NCBI RefSeq assembly: GCF_048593235.1
Contig: NC_133619.1
Span: 651,846,558-651,910,557 of the forward strand
Direction of reading: 5' to 3'
Length of the DNA stretch: 64,000 nucleotides
DNA from: Sminthopsis crassicaudata
Lineage: Eukaryota
Position 1 is the stretch's first letter. Every line of letters starts with the position of its first letter. Below the pieces are notes generated by a model. It was not told where the DNA came from, ran no database searches, and was given only the letters and a program-made list of their open reading frames with translations. Positions 11,860 through 25,069 of the stretch are shown piece after piece. Both the position numbers and the translations under genes were made by a program.

Positions 11860-12382
11860 CGGGCCGCTGATTGGCCTGGGCGGGACCAATGGGCGGGACA
11901 AGTGCCTGACTCGGGGCTGACTGGCAGGGGGCGTATCTTGGACGGAGTCCCGGCTGTCCGGAGGCTTGGAGCACTACCGCCTCCTACTGTCCGGTCGAAC
12001 CCAACGGGTAGTCTCGTTTTCTGGATCGCTCCCACTCCGCCGCCTTGGGCGGCTTCACGCCAATCAGAGAGGCTAAGGGAACGAAACGCGAGGGAGGACA
12101 TGCGCAGTACCGCGGACTCGCCAATGAGCGCATCAGCGCGGCGGGGCGGAGCAACGGAGAGATGGATAGCTCTGTCTGCGCGGGGTCCGCTGGGAAAGGG
12201 GCGAGAGGGCGGGGGCTCATCTTACGTATAACCAATGACGACGCGAAATATCAAGATGGGCGGGTGAGTCGTTCAATAAGCGTGCACGAGAGGTGGTACC
12301 CGCGGCGAGCAGGGGGCGGTGCGCCCGCTAAAAGGCGGCCCCGGGGGAGCCGCGGGCGGGGGGCGAGTTGGGGGGAAAGAAG

Positions 12383-12390
<8 letters not shown>
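11860..12390 (+). promoter_or_regulatory. PRMT1 promoter: CCAAT-box cluster, GC boxes, YY1 site over the start codon
   Basis: ATTGG/CCAAT at about 11870, 11887, 12060, 12121 and 12232; AAGATGGCGGC at 12380-12390. Confidence 0.7.
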
Positions 12391-16274
<3,884 letters not shown>

Positions 16275-16540
16275 GCCGGCCCGCGGGCTGTTCCCGGGGC
16301 CCCTGCCCCAGCCGGCCTCACCACTCCCTGGGCTAGGCCGCCCGCCTCGGCCAGCCCAGCCCACCCCAGGGAGCCGGCGGGGGCCAGCTTGATGGTTTGA
16401 GGGCCCCCTAGCCCCTTCCCCTGTCCTCTGTCCTCCACCCCCCAGGCCCTGCTCCCTCCCGTGGGTGAGTGAGGGGCCCAAGGGCGACATCGTGACTGTG
16501 TTTTTCATAACTTATGTTTTTATATGGTTGCATTCATGAT

Positions 16541-16546
16541 AATAAA
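16541..16546 (+). terminator. PRMT1 polyadenylation signal AATAAA
   Basis: AATAAA about 270 nt after the stop codon, within a U-rich tract. Confidence 0.75.
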
Positions 16547-17020
16547 TCGTCAGCTGGGACGTGGGGAGCAAACCTTGGGCTGGGCCAGGGTGGGACGTGG
16601 GGAGGGCTGGGCTCGGGCCTCTTCCTCACAACGCAGAGAACCTTCTTCCCCTTGGGTCATCTGATTGTGCCCCATTTGGGGACCCGCCTGGCCTGGGGCA
16701 GTGCCTCCGGAAGGCCCTCCTCTCCCTCCCTTGCAAGAAGTGGCCCCCCGGAAGCCAGCCCCTCTCCTTCAATGATTGTTCCCCAAGTGTCCTGCGCCAC
16801 AGTTTTCTGGGGCCAGCAGGTGCTGGGGATGCTTGCCCTCTGCCTTCCCCGCAAAGGAGCTGATCCACACTCCCCTTCCCCGATGGTCCAGGGCTTTGTC
16901 TACACAAAGGTCCCCATCTACCCTGCACAGGCGGCATCTTTGGCCAGCTCCAGCTGAGCTTCAGTTGCCTCAGTTGTGTCTGGCAGACACTTCATAGGTG
17001 GGGGAACTGAGGTGATCACC

Positions 17021-17350
17021 ATGAAGCCCCTTGTTTGCACTTTGCCAGTGGCTCTGCCCCTGTGCCCCCAGGCTGCCTCCAGGAACACCAGTGGGGGAAT
17101 CCGGAACGGGAACCCCCTCTTCTAGGCTCTAGAGAGAAGGCCGCTTAGCTTCCAGCCCTAAACAGGGTGCAGTCCCGCGTGCTGCATGCTTTGCAGGCCC
17201 TGGGAGCTTAGGGTGCAGACCTGGGGGCTCCTCCCCCAGCTCCAGGAGAGCCCCTGTCCCTGCTGGAACGGAGAGAACGACCGCCTCCCCAATGCCTCAG
17301 TCCCTCTGGCAAGGACAATGCACCTAGTTAGGGGCCGGGGGAGGAGACTC
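17021..17350 (+). pseudogene. ADM5: Possible decayed adrenomedullin-5 remnant
   Basis: Syntenic position between PRMT1 and CPT1C. Kozak CACCATG opens a short hydrophobic ORF. Further on, frameshifted remnants C..LG-C(Q)T..LPQL and SGKDNAPS*G(R)GRR resemble CSLGTCQTHRLPEI...SGK...PYSYGRRRR of ADM5 as recalled. Similarity is weak. Confidence 0.3.
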
Positions 17351-17369
17351 CCCCCAACTGGGAGGGGCA

Positions 17370-17790
17370 GAATGTGCACATGCGCACGGGGTCTGCCGGG
17401 CTAGATAAACACCACCACCCCCGTGCGTGACGTAAAGTGGGGGAAGGGGACATCCTGGCGCAGGCGCAGACGACCGGGGGGGGGGGGGGAAGCTTAAGAT
17501 TCCATCAATAGGAGGGGGGGCTCTTCGCATGTTGATCTCCAAACGCAGTGAGTAAGGAGATAGCTCCTGGAAAGAGTAACCCGGGGCTAGAAGAAAGGAC
17601 CCCTGGGGTCCACCGGGAAGGGGATTGGAGGAGGGGCCCAGGTGGGCTGTGGCTGAGGGTCGATATCCGGGGATGTGGGATTGTAGGCCCGGTAAGGGAG
17701 CGAGCAGTCGGTACCCGGGTCTCCATTCCTCGGCTGCCTGCCCTCTCTTGCTCTTAAGCATCCCAGGCTGTGGAGCATGCGCAGTGGATA
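17370..17790 (+). promoter_or_regulatory. Probable CPT1C promoter and 5' non-coding exon region
   Basis: NRF1-like GCGCAGGCGCA (17458-17468) and GCATGCGCA (17775-17783); TGACGT half-CRE at about 17428; donor-like GTAAGG sites at about 17553 and 17692. An acceptor lies 6 nt before the CPT1C ATG, so an upstream non-coding exon is implied. Confidence 0.5.
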
Positions 17791-18157
17791 AGCCTGGACT
17801 CTGCGGGGACCCTTCTCCAGCCCCTTCCTAACTCCGCCCCTTGCTTCCCTGAAGCTATTAAAATACCCCGGCGGGGGCGGGGGGGGGGGGAGGAATGGTG
17901 TCCTGGGCCGCTTCTTTCATCCCGGAGCGGGTGCGAGGAAGGAAGCATGAGCACTTGGGATTCGGGGGCAGCCTCCTTCTGTGCGACCCCGAACTGCATC
18001 TCCCAGCAGGCCCTACGGCGGCCTCCTGTGGGCAGCCCATTTCACGGTGCCCAAGGTCTCATGGGAGTTGTAGTCAGTGTCTGGGGGCTGAGCTGCTCCT
18101 GGGTCGGAGGGGCTTGGGGACCAACTTCTGCTCCCCCTCCCTGGGTCCCAGGGCGCC

Positions 18158-21100
18158 ATGGCCGAGGCCCGCCAGGCAGCGACCTTCCGCCTAGAGCTGG
18201 GCCAGGGGACCCCCGGGCCAAGGTGGTGGAACGGAGCCTTGAAGGAGGTCGGCAGCGCGGGACTGCGCTCCTGGAGGCGGAGCCTGGCCCAGTGCAGGGT
18301 AAGGGGGAGGCTTTCAGCTCTCCTGTCTGCCCCCCGCCCCCTCCCCCATCCTCTGCTCACCCTCGCTCCTGGGCACTGCCAGGGTCGTGCTGCCCATGCC
18401 AGCCCCTCCGTCCCCTTCGGGGACCCTCCCCTGCAGCGGCTCCGCTGTCCAAGGTGCTGGAAGCCCAGCCCCCAGGGCCCATGGGGTTGGCTCTGGCGAG
18501 CCCCAGGAGCGTGTAGCTTGCGCTGCCCCCGGTCCCCGGGCGGGCGGCGGCCAGCGCGCGGCTTCTATCCCGGCAGGATGACGTCCTCCGCGGAGCCCGG
18601 CCGGCCGGCGCGGCCAGCGGCCTCTTCCTCTTCGCCGCCATCCAGGGCGCCCGCTTCGTGCAGCTGGACCCCTCCCTGGGGCTGGTGGACTGGATCAAGG
18701 CCAACCTTCCAGACTGGTGAGGCTCGGGGCAGCCCCTGCGGGCCCTCCGCCCGGCCCTGTTTGGGCTCCCCCCTGGCCCCGGGCGGGGAGGGGCGGGGCC
18801 GGGTGGGGGCGGGGCGGGGCGCTGCTCAGACTCCGGCCCGGGGGGCTGAGCCCCAGCCTGGTCCGCCTCCCCTCTCCCCAGGGGTGCGCGCCGGCTCCCC
18901 GCCTTCCAAGGGGCGCTGGCGGCCGCCGTCTTCGCCGGGGGCCTGTGGACGGCCCTGCTGCTGACCCTGCATGTGGTTCTGCGGCTCCTGCTGCGCTACC
19001 AGGGCTGGCTGAGCGAGCCTCGGGGGACGCTGTCCTTGCCCACGCGCTCCTGGCTGGTATGAGGAGCCTGGGGCCGCCTCCGCCGGCCCCACCCGCTCTC
19101 TGTGTCTCAGTGTCTCTGCTTTGTCTTGGGGACTGGGGGCCCTGAAGGAAGGGGGAGAGGGTCTGGGTCAGGGCCGGTGCTTCCTGCCTCCCCCAGGCCC
19201 TGGTCAGGATCTTCTCCGGCCGCCGCCCGACGCTCTACACCTACCAGCGCTCCCTGCCCTGCCTACCCCTGCCCTCTACCGCGGGCACCATAGCCAAGGT
19301 GGGCATGGCGCCGGCGAGGGCGTCCCCGATACCCAGAGCCGGGGCCTGTGGGAATCCACCTACGGGGAGGGGGGGGCGGGAAGTCAGGGGGGACGTGGGG
19401 ACTGGGGAGTCGGGGGGACGTGGGGACCGGGAGTCGGGGGAACGTGGGGACCGGGAGTCGGGGGGACGTGGGGACCGGGGAGTCAGCAGCCAGCATGATG
19501 AGCCAGGAAATCAGGGGCCCGCGTAATTAGGGTCTTGGAGTCTCGGAGGGGGCGGCCAGGGCCGGAGCTCTGTCGTGTCCCCCCCAGTACTTGGAGTCCG
19601 TGCGCCCGCTGCTGCCGGAAGAGGATTTCCAGGCCCTGAGCGGCCAGGCTCGCACCTTCCTCCACACAGAGGCGCCCCGGCTGCAGGCGCTTCTGGGCCT
19701 CAAGGCCTGGTGGGCGACCAATTACGTGAGTGCCGTCTCTGCTCCTTGGGGTGCCCTGCTGGGGGGGGCGCGGCCCGTTCTGATGCAGCACTTCCCCACA
19801 GGTGAGTGATTGGTGGGAAGAATACATCTACCTGCGCTCCCGAAGCTCCCTGCTGGGCAGCAGCAACTACTACATCCTGGTGAGCCCCTCCCCCTGGCGG
19901 CCAGGGCTCCCGTGGCTGAAGTTATGCCAGCTGGGAGGGGGCGCCGGCCGTGAGGGGATGCCTGGGAGCGGGGAGGCCAGGTGGGCGGGAGAGCAGGTGC
20001 CGCAGCCTCCGCCTGCCCGCAGGACTTTCTCTCGGCGGCCCCCACTCCTCTGCAGGCGGCCCGGGCTGGCAACGCTGTGTACGCCATGATGAGGTTCCGG
20101 GAGCGGCTTCGGCGTGGGGAGATGGAGCCCGTAAGAGGCTGGGAGGGGCCGGGGGGCGGGGGGGCCCGGTGGGCCCCGACCTGGGGTCATTCCCGCCTCC
20201 CTCGGTCCAGGCAACCCTGCTGGGGCTGCGCCCGCTGTGCTCGGCCCAATACCGGCGCATGTTCAACACCAGCCGGATCCCTGGGGTCTCCAGAGGTGAG
20301 AGATCCTGCGACCGGGACCCCTGCCCTGCGCCCGGGGGGGCTACAGACAAGAGACGATCCCCTGGCGCAGACTGTGGGTTTTCAGGGAAGGAGACCCGGG
20401 TTCCAATGCTGCCTCCCAGGCAGCCAGCGAGCATTTATGAGGCCCCTGCTGGGTACCGGGTCTTGGGCAGGAAGGGGTGCCAGCTTTCTGTAATGTCAGT
20501 GATGAGAAATGCCAGGGCTGGTAGCCTGATGGCGTTTGCGGCCCAGGCAGAGGCGCGGCCCAGGTGCCAATTCTGCGGGTTCGTGCCCTTTGGCGCCGCC
20601 TTCCCCAATGTTGACCTCTGACCTCGGGCACCCACGGCCTCCTTCCCAGACTGGCTGTGTCACGTGAGGGACAGCCACAGCTGCCATGTGGCCGTCCTGC
20701 ACCGGGGCCGCTTCTTCCGCCTGGGGACCCACGGGGGGCCAGGGGGCCACCTGCTGAACCCCCGTGTTCTGGAGCAGAAGTTTCAGCACATCCTGGATGA
20801 CCCAGCCCCAGCCCGGCCCTCTGAGGAGCACCTGGCGGCCCTGACGGCCGCTCCCAGGTAGGTTGGGCTTCCCGGCGGGCTGGGAGCCGTGGGGGTCAGG
20901 GGGTCTGGCCACACTCTGACCCGGCCCCTCCCCAACAGGGCCCTGTGGGCTCAGGCTCGGGCCTCCCTGCGGGCAGGGGCCGCCCTGGACGTGGTGGAAG
21001 GGGCCGCCTTCTTCGTGTGCCTGGAGGACACCCCGGGGCCCTCGGATGCGGCCCCTGAGGTGCTGCTGGACGAGCTGGCACAGTCCTTGCTGGTGGGGAC

Positions 21101-23570
21101 TGGCCACAGCAGGTGAGCCCCGGGCCCAGGCCCTCCCCTCACCTCCCGCCCAGGCAGGGCTCCCCTTTCCCCAAGGCCTCTGGTCTTCCACTTCTCCCAG
21201 ACCCCCAGCACAGACCTCCCTGCCAGGCCTCTCCTGCCCCCCACAGGTGGTTGGACAAGTCTCTGAACCTCGTGGTCTTCGCGGGCGGCCGCATGGGACT
21301 GAACGTGGAGCACGCCTGGGCTGACGCCCCCATCCCTTCGCACATGTGGGAGGCACGGCCGCCGAGCCCCAGACACCCAGGCCCTTTGGGTGGCCGCACC
21401 CCATCTCCAAGGGGCTTCTTAGAATGCGCAGGCTTTGGGGGGTTGGGGGGCCAGGGTGGGCCGGCCCCGGGCGGGGTCTTGACCGGCTTCTCTCTCCTGC
21501 TCCCCAGGCCGTCCTGGCTGCCGAGTGCTTCGAACTGGGCTACTCCGCCGACGGGCATTGCAGAGGGACCCCTGACCCCGAGGTGGGCCCCCCTGAGCGG
21601 CTGCACTGGGCGGTGCCTGAGGAGGTGAGAGCCCCCCCGGCCCCCACCCCGGGCGCCTGTGTGCCCGGCCTCTGCCTCCTCACGGTGCTCTCTTCCCGGG
21701 CAGGTGGCCACTTCCATCTCCCTGGCTCTGCGGGAGGCCCAGGCCTTGGCTCGAGACACCGAGTGCCACGTCCTTCCCTTCGCCCACTTTGGGAGAGGAT
21801 TCACCCGACGCTGCCGAGCCCCGGGGAGCAGCTTCGTGCAGCTGGCGCTGCAGCTGGCCCGCTTTCGGGTCAGTGCCCGGGCCGGGGGCCGCTGGGAGGG
21901 ATACCCGAGCTGGGCCAGGATTGGGGGGGGGGGTGAGCCAGCCAGGGAGGGGGCAGCTTAGCCCGGGACCAGGTGGTCCATCTGAGGAGGGGCCTGTGGG
22001 CCAGGCGTCCGTGCCCAGACTAACCCTCCCCCCCCTCCCTGTCCCGGGCCCACCAGGACCAGGGTGGCTTCTGCCTGACCTACGAGGCCTGCGTGACCAG
22101 GGCGTTTCTCGAGGGCCGCACGGAGACCGTCCGGTCATGCACCGAGGAATCCTGCGCCTTCGTCAGGGCCATGCAGGACCCGAGGCTGACGGTAGGCCCC
22201 CCCCACCTCCTCCCCGCTGTCCCCCAGAGCCTGGGGAGATGATAACCTCTGCTTGACCTCCCCCAGAATGCCCAGCGTCTGGCGCTCTTCCGAGCGGCCG
22301 CGGACAAGCACCGGGCTCTGTGTCGGGCAGCCCTGAGCGGCGAGGGCATCGATCGCCACCTCTTCTGCCTCTATCTCGTCTCTCGGTTCCTCCCACTCCC
22401 GTCCCCATTCTTGACCCAGGTCAGCGGACCCTTGCGGCGGGAGGAAGGGGGTGCCTCAGGGGAATGGGCCAAGCTTTGGGGTCCCCCGGCCCACACCCTC
22501 CTCCCCAACCCCACTTTCCAGGTTCGTGCCGAGCAGTGGAAACTCTCTACCAGCCAGATCCCCACACAGCAGCCACAGCTGTTCGATCCGGCCAATCATC
22601 CCGATTTTGTGTGCTGCGGCGGCGGCTTTGGGCCTGTGAGTGGGCCGGGGAGAGGGAGGAAGCCCCTGGATGCTGGGGGGGGGCAGGGACAGCCCCTGGA
22701 TGGGGGGGCTGCAGCGGACTGGGAACAAGTCCCCGACACTAAGGAGGGGCCTCTGGGGGGGGCCAGGGCGGGGCAGGGGGTGAGGATCGCGGCCCTGGGG
22801 ACTCTTCTCCTCCACTGGCTGCAGGCAGATGACGATGGCTATGGGGTGTCCTACATCTTCATGGGGGAGAACATGGTCACCTTCCACATTTCCTGCAAGG
22901 TCTCCAGCCCCGACACGGTTAGAGCTCTTGTCTTCCCAGGTGTCCAGGCCCCCCCTCCCCTCCCACCTCCCTGGTGTCCAGGCCCCCCCTTCCCCTTCCC
23001 TGGTGTCCAGGCCCCCCTCCCTCCTCTCCCCCTTTCCCCAGCATCCAGGCCCCCCATCCCCCATTGCCCCTCTGGAGAGGTCAGAGAAGGCTGGATTTGG
23101 AGCTCGTAGGACCTTGGGGGAGCATCTGTTTGGCTCATTTGAAGTCACACAAATAGGAAAGGGCAGCGTCAGGATTTGAATTTGTTACCACTGTGATGTT
23201 CCATGCCACCAATCCTGAGCCCAGGTTTTACCCTCTGCCTAGGACCCCACCCTCCCATCCCCCATTCCCCGGTGTCCAGGCCCCGTCCTTGCCCTCTCAG
23301 ACCCCTGAGGTCCCCTCTCGGGGTCCCCTTGGATTTCGGGCCCCTCGATCCTTTCTCAGTCGCCTCCCACCTTTGCAGGACGCCCGGCGCTTCGGGCAGC
23401 ACATTCAAGACGCCATGCTGGATGTGGCCTCGCTGTTTGGCCTGGGCGTGGGGCCCAGCACGGGGGCCCGGCCGGGCGGGACGGCCCGGGAGGACAAGAA
23501 CTCTGCTGAGGGCTCCCGGGGGCCTGGCTCCCGGCAGGAACCCCCTGCTCCCGGCGACCCAGAGCCCTGA
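18158..23570 (+). CDS. CPT1C: Carnitine palmitoyltransferase 1C (807 aa)
   Basis: Exons 18158-18298, 18577-18716, 18882-19056, 19197-19298, 19588-19725, 19802-19879, 20023-20130, 20211-20295, 20650-20857, 20939-21112, 21247-21352, 21508-21624, 21704-21868, 22057-22191, 22267-22419, 22522-22635, 22825-22917, 23379-23570 sum to 2424 nt with no internal stop (one GC-AG intron). Motifs [18 protein letters not shown] (catalytic His472), [21 protein letters not shown]. Synteny with PRMT1 and TSKS identifies it as the 1C paralogue. Confidence 0.93.
19387..19483. repeat. G-rich 24-bp minisatellite, about 4 copies, CPT1C intron 4
   Basis: Unit GGGGGGACGTGGGGACCGGGAGTC; AGTC ends fall at 19411, 19435, 19459 and 19483. 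Confidence 0.9.
22935..23060. repeat. Degenerate ~30-bp C-rich tandem repeat, CPT1C last intron
   Basis: Core GGTGTCCAGGCCCCC occurs three times plus a diverged fourth copy; a further copy lies at about 23270. Confidence 0.75.
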
Positions 23571-24369
23571 GGGAGCCGCCACCCCTGGGGGGTCCTGGCA
23601 GCCTCCCAGAGACCGAGGGGTCGAGGCGGCACCCCGGCACCTCGGAGCCTCGCTCGCAATCCGGGCCCAGGCTCGTCGGCCCGGCTCAGGTCCGGCTTCG
23701 TCACCTTGGCCGATCTTGGCCGTCCCCCTCCTGTGTCCTCGTCCCCCCATGAAGTCCGGTTTTTCTGGCTGGCTTGGGCCATCCCCACCCTGACGCTGTT
23801 CCACGGGCTGAGGTCGCCCCATTCTCGGGGGCCACGGGCTGCAGCTCAGACCTTGTCTCAGCGGCTGTCACCCCATGCCCCTTCCATGGGCCAAGGTCTA
23901 TGCAGTCTGAGCCCCGTCCACAAATTCGGCTTCAGCCTTGGCCTCGCCCTCCCCCCGCCTCCACACCATCCCTGGCTCTGGGCTGCGCCAGGCCGCGCCA
24001 GGCCGTCCCAGACACCCCTTGCCCCGCGTCCGCCCCAGGCTTATTCTAGCTCGGTGGGGCCCCCACTCGTGGGCCGGCCGGCCTGAGCCCCGGCTGCGGC
24101 AGGACCTCCGATGACCTGGGGCCCTCCGGGATTCAGGAAGCCATAATGAAGCGCCTGCTGCGTGCCCGCCGCGTGCTTGGAGCTGGGAAGGTGGAGGCCG
24201 CTCCTGCGGATGAGGAAACCCGCAGCGCGGGGAGCCTTCCCAGTCCGAACTTGGCTGGGCGCCGAGGGAGCCCCCGAGTGGGGGCAGGGGCGCGGGGATG
24301 GCCCAGCGGCCCGACCTCCGGGAGGCCTCCGCTCGAGCTGTCTGTGGGAGCCGGCGGGAAGGGCGGCCT

Positions 24370-24460
24370 CAGTCTCCTTACCTGTAAAATGGGAATAACA
24401 CTAACGCTACCTCCCAGGCTTGTTGGGAGATCTTTGTAATGTGCTTTGCTAACCTTAAAG
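24370..24460 (+). mobile_element. MIR/CORE-SINE fragment
   Basis: CCTCAGTCTCCTTACCTGTAAAATGGGAATAA...ACCTCCCAGGCTTGTTG matches the MIR core. Confidence 0.7.
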
Positions 24461-24522
24461 AGCCGAATAAATAGATTCTAGCTATTGGTGAGGACGAGGA
24501 CGAATAACGAGCTGGCGCGCAG

Positions 24523-24555
<33 letters not shown>

Positions 24556-24588
24556 GGGAGGAGGGAAGCTGCGGAGGACTGTAAAGGG

Positions 24589-24729
24589 NNNNNNNNNNNN
24601 NNNNNNNNNNNNNNNNNNNNNNNNNNNNNNNNNNNNNNNNNNNNNNNNNNNNNNNNNNNNNNNNNNNNNNNNNNNNNNNNNNNNNNNNNNNNNNNNNNNN
24701 NNNNNNNNNNNNNNNNNNNNNNNNNNNNN
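24589..24729. other. Assembly gap (141 N), preceded by a 30-nt G run at 24524-24553
   Basis: Directly visible in the sequence. Confidence 0.99.
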
Positions 24730-24805
24730 ACTTGCTGGCCTTCCTTGCTGATAAAAAGTGCCTGCTCCAGCCCGAAGCCGAGAGCCGGTCAAAGTCTTGT
24801 CTCTA

Positions 24806-24932
24806 GGGGCCGCTAGGGGGCGCAGTGGGCGGAGCCCCAGCCCTGAAGTCCTCAGGATCCGAGTTCCAACCCGACTTCCCTGCTGTGTGACCCTGGGCAG
24901 GTCACTTAACCCCCTCCGCCTCAGGGAAAAAA
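24806..24932 (+). mobile_element. WSINE1-like SINE, GC-shifted copy carrying a CTCF-consensus motif
   Basis: Colinear with the SINE copies at 38565 and 40950 (GGGGC.GCTAGG.GGCGCAGTGG...CTGTGTGACCCTGGGCA.GTCACTTAACCCC...A tail). Confidence 0.8.
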
Positions 24933-25051
24933 ATCCCCCACCCCCGACTAGCGGCGGGACTGGGGCAGCCCAAGTGCCAGAAAAGAGAGAGCAGCCCTTG
25001 CTCCAGCTGCAGGACGGGGGACGTGCTCCCCCCGCCGCCCGCTGCGCTCCC

Positions 25052-25069
25052 CAGCGCCCCCTGCTGGCC
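25052..25069 (-). promoter_or_regulatory. CTCF-consensus site in an orphan CpG island
   Basis: Minus strand reads GGCCAGCAGGGGGCGCTG, a close match to the CTCF core consensus (CCACCAGGGGGCGC). Confidence 0.6.

Noticed and set aside
11467-12231. 254-aa + strand ORF in the BCL2L12 position
   Set aside because: No similarity to BCL2L12 or any BH motif as recalled. It starts at GTG and runs through pyrimidine-rich sequence and the PRMT1 CCAAT boxes.
24524-24553. 30-nt G homopolymer as a functional G4 element
   Set aside because: It lies 35 nt from an assembly gap; its length is unreliable and may be a sequencing artefact.
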